A stretch of DNA of 56,450 nucleotides, filler included, from Sphacelaria rigidula (GCA_964200075.2; 7 parts of 7 records of this genome joined end to end with filler, not necessarily neighbours in it); one strand, 5' to 3'; counted from the whole stretch's first letter, positions 12,501 to 24,137 are shown. Program-made: numbers and translations. The notes: a model not told the origin generated them from the sequence alone.

Positions 12501-13899
12501 AATCATTCTTTGAAAATGGACATGGGCATGGACAAGTCGATGAGACAGTAGCACGAAATACTGTTCTGTCCATATTGAGAGTCTCTGCTGTAAGAACTAG
12601 CGTGGAAGACAAACTTGAGGTGCCGTAAGGGCGACGTCTACACCCCTTACCCTGCCCACCCCTGCAACCCAATGTCCCCAAAATGGGAGGAAATAATAGG
12701 GTTATTCTTACCCCTGAACTTTTCATGGGAAAAGTGTACCGCCTCAGTGTTCAAAAACAACGGAACAACGGACAACGGAAACCTACACTAGACGCTACAA
12801 ACCACGCAAATAACCACACTGTATCCCCTTTCCTCTGGGCAATTTTGCCTCACAGAATAAATCATGACGAAATAATCATACAAGAGCGATAGGCGGCAAG
12901 ATATCTATTGAGCAATTCTCAAGAAGGAATACCGACGACCAGGCCAAGCTTCTGCCTGTTCGACGATTTTGGATCAGTGTTCGGTATATCGCTTCTTGAC
13001 GGTTGTCATAGAGGCTGGTTATAATACACATCGCATCAGGGGCGCGCCAGCAAAAAAATATCGTGCACCCATGTGCCCATTTATTTGTTTTCGATCTCTC
13101 AGAGGGGAGGGGAAGAATTTTAGACCTCCCCCCCCCTCCTTTCCCTCCCCAACGCCATGTAAACTCTTGTAATACCGATCTTATACTTAATCCTGCACAA
13201 AACGAGACGGCGTCAGAGATATGTATGGTTTCCCCCTGGTGTGTGCGGGTGCAGCATACGATCCGCATAACCCTCCTGACACGCAAATATATAACTAAAC
13301 TTGAAATGGGGTACAAAAATAAACAAAAAACGAAGTAGAATAAAATGAAGGGGAAAAAAGATGAATTATAGATGATAAACTTGAGTAAAAAACCACACTA
13401 GGAAGGAAGGACATAATTTGATAATAAATGAACGAAAGAAAAGAAGAATAAAAAAAATGAGTCGTAAAAATAGTGAATATATAATACATTTACAACACAA
13501 AAACCAAGGCTCACTTCGGCATGTCTTCTGGAGTTCGTTAACGTTCATCATGGTATCCAGCCATCACGGTGATGGACGGTGACACTTGGATGGTAGCTAA
13601 TCGCCCTGGTGCTCATTTGCTCATCTGCGAAGGAACCTACCATTTCAGGAGAAAATATTCAAAAATAAGTCGACTGTATCGATTACGGTTAGGGCTAGGT
13701 CACACGCCACGACATGGGTCACGTGTAAGGTGTGACGTGCCATGTGTCACCCCCTAGCTGCCAAACCGCCGTAGTAACGCCTATTTTCCCTGGTTAAACC
13801 GCTTTCCCGTTCACCAGTTTAATCGTGGCAAATAACGTGCGTTTTTCTTGCGGAACCGTAACCGGAAAACGCCTACTAGCGTCTCGAAGAATCGCTTGC

Positions 13900-14640
13900 G
13901 GGTACAGTTTTCTGTGCACAGTCCATACCCTGCCCGGCAGTTTTTGTGGGTTGTGCATGCCTCCCATACCCTTTCCCGAGAGTCAACAGCCGATCATCGA
14001 AATTGAGGATGGAGGTCTTCATTGAGGATAAGAACCCGGAGGATTAGGATCTTCGTATCTACACCAAATCTTCGAAATATGGTTCCATTCCTTCACCTAC
14101 TGGTGGCTACTGAAAAGTTCTACATGCCATACAAATTTTGATTTCGATAACCGATATGTTGGAGTCCTAGGTGAAAAACCAATGTGGGGGAATTTCGGCG
14201 ATCCGATCGAATCACATAAAGTCCCCGAATCGTTTCTTCGTATAGGGCCCCAACATTTCGGTTATCGACATGCAAACTTGTATGACGTGTAGTGCTTCTC
14301 AATAGCTACCAGTAGGTGAAGGAATGGGACCATAGTTCCAAGCTTTGGTGTGGATACGAAAATTTCAATCCTCCGGGTTGTCATCGTCAATGAAAGCTCC
14401 ATCCTCAATGGCAAGCTTCATCCTCAATTTCGATGATTGGCTGTTAGTTCTATGATTTTTCTACATAAGGTATGCCCGTACCCGGAGCGCAGGTATGCCT
14501 TTGAAGAGATACCGGATTATCGGTGCCGTTTTCTGTAAGCCGTTTAAACCGGTACCCGGCAGTTTTTGTAGTATCTGTAAGACGTCCATAACGGTACCCG
14601 ATACTTCCGTAGGTTCTGTAAGGAATCCCATACCCTACAG
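13900..14640 (+). repeat. 41-bp repeat family array interrupted by a foldback element
   Basis: Units on both sides of 13984-14446 (…ataccctttcccgagagt | …tctatgattttt…; accggtacccggcagtttttgtagtatctgtaagacgtccataacggtacccgatacttccgtaggttctgtaag). Confidence 0.7.
13984..14446. mobile_element. Foldback element family A, full-length copy (~460 bp)
   Basis: Termini caacagccgatcatcgaaattgaggatg / catcctcaatttcgatgattggctgtta. Palindromic throughout, with centre gatccgatcgaatc. Confidence 0.85.
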
Positions 14641-14675
14641 GCCACAGCCCTCGAAAAACCTTGCACGTGTCTTAC

Positions 14676-15008
14676 CGCTGTCCTCTTGCGCCGTGTGTGG
14701 CCACCATCCAACTTCTGGTAGAGCCGTCGCTTTTTCCCCACTGTCTAGTATATGGAACGGTTTCGTGCCACCGTCGTTTACTACCCGCGTTTCTCCCTCT
14801 AGCGCCACCTCCATGTCGAAGTCGCGTAGGTCTAGCGCCGCCTTAGCCAACTCCGTCACAAATTGATCTGGCGTCAGATTCTCCACTTCCTCGTCCTCTT
14901 TCTCGTGCCAAACCTTCGAGATGAGGGCGACCACCGCGTCTGGGGCGCCCGCCCGAGTGGCCGCGACGTGGTTCGCCCGGCGGGCCGATGTGTGTTTCTT
15001 TATTCGCT
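14676..15008 (-). CDS. Internal exon of an unknown protein (333 nt, phase 1-1)
   Basis: Acceptor aatgcAG, donor GTAAGA, open frame ERIKKHTSARRANHVAATRAGAPDAVVALISKVWHEKEDEEVENLTPDQFVTELAKAALDLRDFDMEVALEG…WWPHTAQEDS. GC-rich and coding-like. Confidence 0.6.
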
Positions 15009-16058
15009 CTGCATTGGTATAAGAAAGGGACGGCATGTGTTGGGAATATACGCATGTGTCCTTACCAAAAGATCGTTGCATGGGCGGTGTACTCCAATCA
15101 CCACGCATGATATCCTCCAGTTACAATCGACTGGTACAACTGGTTGACTGATCGGTTTTGTAACCAGTTAAAGCAATTATTTCATCCGACATGTGTGTCA
15201 TACTCCAATTCAACATTTCTGAAGAGTAGTCTACAATGGCCGTGGGGACGCTGTTACAGGGGCGAGTAGCTAACCGCACAGCGCACACACCTGGACGTGG
15301 ACACGAATATCGCAGACAATATATTCCAATATATAAAAACAGATATTGGGCACGGACAGTGGTTGATTAAGCGGATCTGAAATGTGAAGCAAGAGTGCAT
15401 TTCGTCGCGTTGTTATGGGTGCTTCGCTTTATTCTGTCGGCATCACGCGTTAAGCGTTCAGTGGTGACTGGTCAAAGTGATACCGAAGCATGAGGAAGAG
15501 TCGAGATGTCTGTTAAATTTTCCTGGCTGATGAAGTCACGCTCAATAACATTATCAAGTTGTCGTGCTATTAGTAGTTCCTGACGCGTGGGTGGTACACA
15601 CGGAACGCCATGTATGCTGCACCACTGTCCCACCGCTTTGTTTCTGGAATTCACATCGCAAAGTTCAGTGATTTTTCTAATCCCCCATAAATATACACTT
15701 CCTCTGTCCCATAAGTAAAGGTACCTCAATTTATACGGGCCCTTAACGATATTCGATCGTTTTTTTGTTTTTTCATGGACTCTGCGGTGTTTTTCGGGTT
15801 CAGAAAATGTGTTTCAAATTTGCAGCTCGTGCTTGAACCATGCCGCCGAACGGCTGCAAAAAAAGTAGTCGGCCCGAAAATGGCCTTTTTTTTGCCCCTT
15901 TCCGAGGGGGGGAACAAAAAAGACGTTTTTTTCTTTCAACCGTTTTTATTGCGTAGAACTCCCTGGCAGCAAGCCCCAGTGAAGGCGGGGGCGATTTAAA
16001 AAAAAAAAAAAACGACACTTTTTTTTCCCTTTTTAATTTTCAAAAAACGGCCAATTTT

Positions 16059-16158
16059 NNNNNNNNNNNNNNNNNNNNNNNNNNNNNNNNNNNNNNNNNN
16101 NNTTAATTAATTAANNNNNNNNNNNNNNNNNNNNNNNNNNNNNNNNNNNNNNNNNNNN
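16059..16158. other. Artificial contig linker N44-TTAATTAATTAA-N44
   Basis: Same 100-bp structure as the other linkers. Confidence 0.98.
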
Positions 16159-16732
16159 GAACACCGGCAAAACCATCCGATTTACCCCCGGCTCGTTTTC
16201 ATTTCTCGAATGAAAACCACTTCTTCAGGTCACCCGTATCGCCGTAAGTCATAGCACACAAGAAGGAGTGCACACTCTGGCGGTGGCGTGGCAGAATGCT
16301 GTGGGATTGACTTGGAGGAAGATGTTCGGGGCGATATCGTCCATTTTTCTCGTAGGAAACTTGAAGATCTTGACGTTGCGCGATTGGTTAGGCAGAGTGT
16401 GTAGCGCACGTCGGAATTCTTGTACGATTTCGAGCGATCAAATATTTTCGTGCAAGTTGTAGCTCGTGTGGGTGGTACGCGTCCCGCAGACATGGTTGTG
16501 CCCCAAGTCGTGGCAGCCACCTTCTGCGGCGATATCTCCTGTTTCTTGACGAAAAATGCTCTCGAAAATCCCAAGTGAAACGCAAACGCCACTTCCCACA
16601 AGGTATGGCTTAACATGTCGTGATTTGTATCTTTTTCTGCAGCCGCTGTGGGCGCGAGAACATTTTCGAAACAGTATAACTAGTAGACATTTCCGTGATT
16701 ACGACAAGCGTTGACTGCGAGAACCCCCCAGG

Positions 16733-18214
16733 ATGACCAACGGTGACTGCCAAGCGTGCTGCTCCTCAGCCAGCTCTGATTCGCCTGTACTACTCTCTGG
16801 TGAGACGCATTCCACAGGCAGTGATGGGTCTTCTATTGTTCCACCTAGAAACACATGCTCGTTGCAGTACCCACACATGTCGAAATCTCCGACTACTTTT
16901 CCCTTCCTGATCACGAACTCACCCCTATCACCGCCCTCCTCACGTGCTGCTCGGCACCGTCGCATCATCTCATTTGTTTGGTCGATATTTCAGAGCACGC
17001 CGATCACGAGTGCAGTCCAGCAGCATCAGCAACGGTTTGAAAAAAAATACCAACGCGATTGTTCCCCCTGCGCGAGGGAGTTTACAGCCCGCGAAGTGGA
17101 GCCGATGATGCTGGCCAACGAAAAAAATGATGGCGACGCCACAGCAGTGAGAAACGCGACGGAGCAACGCAGAGAGATATATACTCTGAAGCAGACCCTC
17201 GAGAAGATGCGTAAAAGAGTCTGTGAGCAAGAGGATCAACTCGCCTTGGAGAAAGACTCAGTGGCGCGCGCTACCGCTGCCCATGTTGAGACGTTGGCCG
17301 CCCTCAAGACCGCAGTGGCCTCGCTCGAAGTTGAGCGTCAAGGGCATGAGAATAAACAAAGCGAACAGTTCAAGCTGGTCACTTGCCTCAAACAGGGTAA
17401 GGAGCACGTCGAGGATGCCCTGCGAGAGGCAATCTCCAGGCTGCGTAGCGAAACCCAGGCCCGGAGATTCGCCGATAAGTCTATGGCGGAGCTCAGGGCT
17501 AAGCTCGACGCCACGGCACCGTGGCTGACGGAGGCCGAGGTCTCTCTGCGTCAAACGGAGCTTATCGTACCCACCTCCAAGTGCGAGAATGAGACCACTT
17601 GGAAAGAAAGTTTTCATTCACTGATGAAGGAACACGAGGCCTTGCTTTGTCGACTCGAAGATCAAGAAGCTAGAAGTCGTGCGGAAACGCCGTTGTCACT
17701 TGCCGTGGCGGACACGGATCACGTGACGACGGTGAAAGCGCTTGCTCGACAAGAGCAGAAGCTATGGCACCGAGATGAGCAGATGCAGGAGCTGTCGGAG
17801 CAGATGAGCACGCGGGCGGCGGAAGCGGAGGTTCTGGCGGGCAGCGCGCGCGCAGTGACAGAACGTGTCAACGGTTGGGCGGGAAGGATGAATTCTTTTG
17901 CTGTCGGAGTGACACCCGCGCCCGCTCGACGGATATCTTCAAGATCCCGCAGGAGTAGACGCCGCTCGGACGCCCGAGGCCTCTTGGCTCCTGCTGGTGA
18001 GGTTGGTGCTGGCGGGGCTAAGCCTAGTGGTACGGGCGACTCCATCGTGGCTGCCGACGGCGATGATGGGGGAGGAGGGTGCCGTCAAAGCGGAGCGGGT
18101 GGCCAAGGTGATGACGGCAGCTTGGCGGAAGACGTTTGCTCCCGCGGTGCGCCATTTCTATCGCTGTTGAAGTTAATTGCTGACGCCAGTAGTGGCACGT
18201 TCGTCTTAGATTGA
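16733..18214 (+). CDS. 493-aa ORF: Ser-rich N-terminus, long coiled-coil region, Gly-rich C-terminus (possibly a truncated gene or pseudogene)
   Basis: Longest ORF in the window. Heptad-like E/L/A/K/R-rich helices (EIYTLKQTLEKMRKRVCEQEDQLALEK…LKTAVASLEVERQG…MAELRAKLDA). The stop falls at the start of a short insertion relative to a downstream duplicate. Confidence 0.6.
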   Translation: MTNGDCQACCSSASSDSPVLLSGETHSTGSDGSSIVPPRNTCSLQYPHMSKSPTTFPFLITNSPLSPPSSRAARHRRIISFVWSIFQSTPITSAVQQHQQRFEKKYQRDCSPCAREFTAREVEPMMLANEKNDGDATAVRNATEQRREIYTLKQTLEKMRKRVCEQEDQLALEKDSVARATAAHVETLAALKTAVASLEVERQGHENKQSEQFKLVTCLKQGKEHVEDALREAISRLRSETQARRFADKSMAELRAKLDATAPWLTEAEVSLRQTELIVPTSKCENETTWKESFHSLMKEHEALLCRLEDQEARSRAETPLSLAVADTDHVTTVKALARQEQKLWHRDEQMQELSEQMSTRAAEAEVLAGSARAVTERVNGWAGRMNSFAVGVTPAPARRISSRSRRSRRRSDARGLLAPAGEVGAGGAKPSGTGDSIVAADGDDGGGGCRQSGAGGQGDDGSLAEDVCSRGAPFLSLLKLIADASSGTFVLD

Positions 18215-18308
18215 TTGATTGGTTGGTTCATTGATTGTCGCATTTCAACTGACACCTCAGTCTTCGGCGACTCGAATACAAGGCAAGGGTGATGAGAGCA
18301 GCTGACCT

Positions 18309-18646
18309 CTAGCATCGTCAGCTTATAAACTACTGGATATACCTTCGCCACATGTTGTTGGTATATAGTCCTTCGCCTCTGCGGCGTCCTTGTCTCTTCC
18401 CGTGTTCTAGTCGCGAAATACGAACGTGGCACTGCTAGCGTCAGCAGTTGCTTTCAAGATCAATTAGAACGGGGGCAGTGCACCGTTCTCATCGATCTCG
18501 AAGTCAGCTGCTGACGCTAGCAGTGCCACGTTCGTCTTTGGCGACTGGAACACGGGAAGAGACAAGGACGCCGCAGAGGCGAAGGACTGTGTATCAACAA
18601 CATGTGGCGAAGGTATATCCAGTAGTTCATAGGCTGACGATGCTAG
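18309..18646. repeat. Hairpin 1: 164-bp inverted arms (18309-18472 / 18483-18646), 10-nt loop
   Basis: Hand alignment shows 14 substitutions in 164 nt (~91% identity) and no indels. Confidence 0.95.
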
Positions 18647-19135
18647 CGGTGCGTCCACGGAAATGGCCTCACCAAATCGTCTCTGACGTGAAAATAGCAC
18701 AAACGTGTCACAGCACACGTTCACCAATGACCTAAAGCACCTGGACTCTAGCCGTGGAACGAATGTTTGTCCATCTTTCATTGCCACATGGCAACAATCC
18801 CGCGCTCGATTCCCTGTCGCAAACGTCGTATCACGGACATCTGGGGACTGCACCGACGACCAGGACGATCCGCTGCCATCGGTCGTCGCTTTGAATGCCG
18901 TCGTCAAGACCGCCTCTGGGAACGACACATCGGCGACGCCGACCGAATCATTGAGCCCTTCTGATGACAATCTTCCGGAGGTCTCTACAGATGCTCTCGA
19001 GCCCAGCTCCGCGGGTAATGCTGTCTCATCCTCATCTGATATCGCCTGCGCGAGACTCCCCATCGCGAAAGCTGTGCTGCCGACATCTCTCGAATCCATC
19101 CGCGATTTCGTGGAAACGCTACCGATATACTTCAC
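18478..19135 (+). pseudogene. Decayed continuation of the coiled-coil gene's reading frame (Ser/Asp-rich, two in-frame stops)
   Basis: Begins SAPFSSISKSAADASSATFVFGD, a duplicate of the ORF end GAPFLSLLKLIADASSGTFVL. It continues through a TAG and a TGA into ORF 18705-19277. Confidence 0.5.
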
Positions 19136-19513
19136 AGATGTCGGCAGTACAGCTTTCGTGATGAGAAGTCTTGCGCGGGGGATTCCGTGTCAGGGTATGT
19201 CAGTATTGCTCGCGGAGCTGGGCTCGAGTGCGGCCTCCAACAAAATGTCCAAAAGATTTGTCAGAAGAGCCGGTTGATCTGACCCGTATTGCCGGTAACT
19301 CACTCCCAGGGGCGGTCTCGTGCACGGCGTTCGAAGCGACGAGCAATGAGGGAGGATCGTCCGGATCGTCGGTACAGTCTCTGGGTGTGCGCAGTATGGC
19401 ATTTGCTACAGGGTATCGAGCGCGAGAGTGTGGCCATACAGCAATACGGAGTCGACGTGGACGAGTCTCGCGGCGAGAGTCCACTTACTTTTGAACATCT
19501 GATACACGTGTGC
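18713..19513. repeat. Hairpin 2: ~377-bp diverged inverted arms (18713-19088 / 19136-19513), 47-nt loop
   Basis: gcgaaagctgtgctgccgacatct pairs with agatgtcggcagtacagctttcgt. Opposite-strand translations are paralogous (WQQSRARFPVANVVSRTSGDCTDDQDDP vs WPHSRARYPVANAILRTPRDCTDDPDDP). Confidence 0.9.
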
Positions 19514-22500
19514 AGGGGCGTGATTGTGCTGTTGTTACGTGAGTGGGTTGGGATATGTTGCTGCAGTGCATGCACTGGACACCAAGCAATGCTCCAATTA
19601 TACTCCAACACGGCAAAGCAGGGCACTCAGTGCGAATGAGCTATTTACCTGTGGTTCCAACAATTGTACGCGCGAGCACCAAGACGATGTCCACGTACTT
19701 GGATTATACATTGAAATCCGGGATTATTTCGAACTCCAATACCCTTACCATGATGTCAGAGTGCTTCACCGTATCTCCTCGGCTCCTCTGTTGCCCTCCG
19801 CACTATCATAAATGACGCTGCGTGCCAGGTGACCAGAATTGCCCTCCAACGGTATTGGGCAAGACTAGCGTCATGGTGCAACCGGTTGTTCCGCATGGAG
19901 CCCCCCACCCGGTCCTTTGTCAGCAACCGTTTGGGCACCTCAGGGGCAGAGGCAGAGCCGATGACGCGGGGTTGAGTACGGACGGGCCAAACCTCTCGAG
20001 GACCCCGAGGCTGGAGAAGTCCGCCGGGGGCGAGGCGAGGAGCCCCGTTCGTGCAGGTGAGACCCTGCAGCAGACAGAGCAGGAACACCAGGGTCTACAA
20101 GACACGACCACATCTGCGGTAGACCAGGACAAGGCCACTCCGTACACTAACGTTCAAAGCACGGGGAGGTAGCAGGGGCCTACGATGCTTACAGCAGGAA
20201 GAGCATCTGCGTAGAAAACCGTTTGTTCGGAACGTGCTGCCGGCGGCCGGGTGGTGGAGGTCGGTGGGGTTGTTCGGCCTGTGGGGAGTGGCGGGAACTA
20301 GATGGACGTTGTTCGTGGGTGCCGAAATTTCAGCGCTACTACTTTTTGAACAAAGTGTATGTCTAGTCACTGCCGTGACTGCTCGAGTCGAGGAGTGGCT
20401 ACTCTGTTGCATTTCGCATGATCGGGACAGGTGGCTGAGGCAAGGACGCTTTCGACGGGTGGCTGGGTCACGGCGGCAGCCCTCAGGCGGGGTTTGTATC
20501 AAGGGCGTGCGGGTACACCACATTGTCGCGGCCTGTTGCCACCAGCGCTACATTGAGTTTTCTCGATAGTGCTTGTACAGTAATTTGTTGATAGTCGTGG
20601 ATTGTGCCGCAGGACGTACGAGGCTTTGTCTATTCATGGCGCTGACTCTTTTGATGAACTAGGCTTCGCAGTGACTGTTGTTGTCGCGGCGTGGTTGTCA
20701 AGCAGAGTCGAATTTCACGTCACCGATTTGGTTTCCGCTGTGTGCAGCAACGGCTGCAATAGAAACGTGTAAGGATGATCACCGCGCAGGAAAGTGTCAG
20801 GGAAGTGGCATTCTGCAGTATGGCACTTCACTTCGCCTCCATGAAGCTGGTGCGTTTTTTTGCGCGGCACAAGCTCTGCGCTTTCACGGCAACGAGTGGC
20901 GTAATGCCAACGTAGTGTACTGCTGCAAAACCGTGGTGTCTCTGCTTCGACGATTGATGGTATGGCAAATATTGAAGCTGCTGTAAGAGTGACTGTGGGG
21001 GTGACTTCAATCTTAGTATGAAGAGGGAGCTAGCATAATGGCACCGATTTGTTCGACTGTAAAGCGATTTTGTTTATAATAGCGCAAACAGATCCTTGTA
21101 GTGTGTTGCGTGCCATGACGTGATCCGCTCTGGGTCCAGTGTGCCGTCGTGCATGGTGATGTACATTCGTTTCACGACAGCTATTCAATCCAAGTTCAAG
21201 ATCTCTTCTAAATTCGAATGGTAGGGCTCTCTTCTTTTTTGTTGAGCAGCTCTATGATCCTTTCGCCCTTGACGACAACGTCATTTTTGCGAAGTAATAT
21301 GATGCGCCGCAGGAAGGGTCACGGAGGGGACACTGATTTTTGTGTAGTAGTACGGGTAGCGGTGCTTGGTTGGATGTTGTCCTCACTTGCAAGCCTATTA
21401 AATGAGGCAAAAAGTGAGGATCTGTATGTCTAGTGATGTGCGGGGATGGATCATCACGCCACCTCGTCGTTATCCATTGTCCGCGGACAGTGTTGACTCG
21501 AGTGCGTAGTTTGTGTTCGTACCGCCTCGTATTACGAGGGTGCGCGGCGCCACAGGGACCACTCTGATGGAGTATTAGAGTGTCTGTGCGCGTCAAGCTT
21601 CCCAGACGACATGCGTACCAACCGCTCGCTCTGATCGGCCTCCTTGTTATGCCAAGATGTTGTATTTTGTTTATTCCGATGAACCATTTATCTCCAGGCT
21701 GGGCGCATGTTTGTTTCTATTGCTTGCTAGTGTGAATGAGTGGTGTACGTCGTGCATTATAGGGCTGCGCTAAGGAAGAGTGACGAAGAATTCTTGTGGT
21801 GTAGGAGGCGATTCTGGATCACTTTGATTGGCTGTTCACAAGTAGTATGTAGTAGTGGTAATAGTAGTACGGGCGTATGGGGTATCGGCGTGGGGCTCAT
21901 GTGTCTGGTGATTTGTATGCTACTACCATGAGAACTTTAGAGAATGATAGGAGAGATGTAGGTTCGTGCCCATTCGTCTCCCAAAGTTATATATTTGTCA
22001 AAACTCGTGCGATTGAGAAAACACAGCACACGCGGTGCTTGTGCCTGGAATTCTTCTGGAGCATCAACTGGGGGGTATGTGTTCTATGCTGCGCTTGTGC
22101 CTTCAATATACACTACAAGCTTTACTCGCTCGTTATGGCTCATGCGGGTGGTGCGCATACGAAGAAATCTACACAAATCTACACCTCGTCCTAATTGGAA
22201 GACCAAAGCTCGTTTAATGCTCTTTTACTCGTGTCATGGGTGAGTTGCTGTGTAGTAGGCTTTACGAAGAGGTAAGTGAACACACGCGGGAAGCTCAGTA
22301 GCTTCGCTAACTTACTATCATCATTATTGTTACCATTGTTACCATTTCATTTTCATTTTCATTTTCATTTTCATCCTTTTCAACATTATGAGCATTATCA
22401 GCGTTATTACCATTACCTTTGTCATCATTTTTCTTGGTATTGTTATCATATCCTTTTTAAAATTAGCGTAATGTCACACCGCTTCCACACTGCAATCAAG

Positions 22501-22744
22501 TGGGCCCGTGTCCGGATTTCCTTTGCTCTAGCCAAGTCAAAAATGATCCTTATCGGAACAGTATTTTGTACGAGATACTCGGACTAAAAAGGATGAAATT
22601 GTCACTCTGCTCTATCGTCCCGCAGAACCAGGCCGAAGAATGCTCCGCGTTAAACGGTCAAATTGTATCAATACTCATAGAATTTGAAAACCCGGTAGTC
22701 TGGACACTACAGATACGACACACCGCACCCGTGCACAGCAATTT

Positions 22745-23197
22745 AGTGTTTTTTGTCAGCATCGCAAAAACTGTACTGTCAACTAACCTGGACACCCATC
22801 GCCCAACAATGGGGGGCCCGACGCACGTGGGCTGCTAGAACGCAGTAGAACGCACTGCTATGGATGCTGTTGACTGTTGGAGAAAGCGTGGTGCGCTGCT
22901 GTCGAACGCTTTGTCATCTTAGTGCCTGGTGGTTGTTCCCGCCTTGGGTTTGAAAGTGATTTGTATATTGTGTTCTGAGCGCCAGACATTCCCTCGAAAG
23001 GAGGTCGCCTTCCTTCCCAGATTTGAAGCGCAGTGCACAGCCCCCAGGAACAGTGTTTACGTTGCACAGTCTCAGGGACAGTGATGTACAGTAATTCAGT
23101 GCTTTTTTGTCAGCATAACAAAGCAATGTACAGCTAACCCGGACTCCCATGGGCCAATGACGGGGGGTTCGACGTACGTGCGCTGCTAGAACGTAGT
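22745..23197 (+). repeat. Two diverged ~100-bp direct repeats ~350 bp apart
   Basis: ttttttgtcagcat…ctaacctggacacccat…cgacgcacgtgggctgctagaacgcagt (about 22745-22846) versus ttttttgtcagcat…ctaacccggactcccat…cgacgtacgtgcgctgctagaacgtagt (about 23097-23197). Confidence 0.7.
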
Positions 23198-24137
23198 GTG
23201 ATGTGTGCTCTCCGCCCTTATCTATTTACTCAACTGCGCTGTGTACCAGTAAGGTGGAATGTTGAGCTCTACACTATTTTATGGATATGTTCCTCTGTAC
23301 GCTGTACCGTATGTAATACCTACCACCTCCGAACCAAAATATCCGCCCATGCAAATAGGACAGTCTACGACTCCATCTTCAGTAAATTTCGTTGCACAAA
23401 CACGGCTATCCCTCATCCACCACCTCACGGATTGCCAAAAGAAAGAGCACGGTGTAGAGACTAGCAAGACCTTCACCCACCTCGCCCGAGAGTTCTCAGT
23501 CTGCCTTTGTTGGAGTGAGGGTGAGGGTTACGATTCGACAGTACAGGAAAGTACGCAGCTAGCTGCATAGCCTTGGCGAGGGATACTCACGACTCTCTCT
23601 TGTGTGTCGGTATGTGTGTGTACATACTTTCAAATCAAGATAACTACGGACAAATATCTCTTTATTGAGAACGTTGATACTGTAAGCAGTCTCAAATGAA
23701 GACGATTGCGGAGAAACCTCTCTGTATCAGATACAATCGTGTGGCGTAGTGTTTGCATATTTGCAGCCCACAAGCGTATGCCACAGGTTCAGCAGCACCG
23801 CGCCGTCCCAGCATGAGCGATTTCCTTTGCTCATGTATTTACATTAGACGCAATAGTCGACACTGTCTGTACGCCGTGCGCTTCTTGACATTGTCATACG
23901 TTGTCCAGGGTGTGGACTTTCCTCACACCGTATGCAAGCCTCACCCTGACGGTCATCAGACACCATGCACATCAGTAGCATTCGAGCAAAAATTCCACAA
24001 ATGCGTGCCAAGATCCCACTCAGAATACAAAAATTCGTACATGCATGCCAATATTTGACTCAGGACCTGCAATGCAACCCGTGTTGCACAATCCATGCAT
24101 CATGCATGCTATTCAAAGCAGCACAACACAAGCATAC

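Noticed and set aside
2143-14640. 41-bp arrays as CRISPR arrays
   Set aside because: Units are contiguous and degenerate with no unique spacers, there are no cas genes, and the context is eukaryotic.
16229-16602. Plus-strand exon upstream of the coiled-coil ORF
   Set aside because: Splice-like ends exist but the plus-strand frames I translated contain stops and no family is recognisable.
18309-19513. Hairpins as whole-genome-amplification chimeras
   Set aside because: Arms differ by about 9% and roughly 30%, mostly by substitutions. Chimeric foldbacks would be near-identical.
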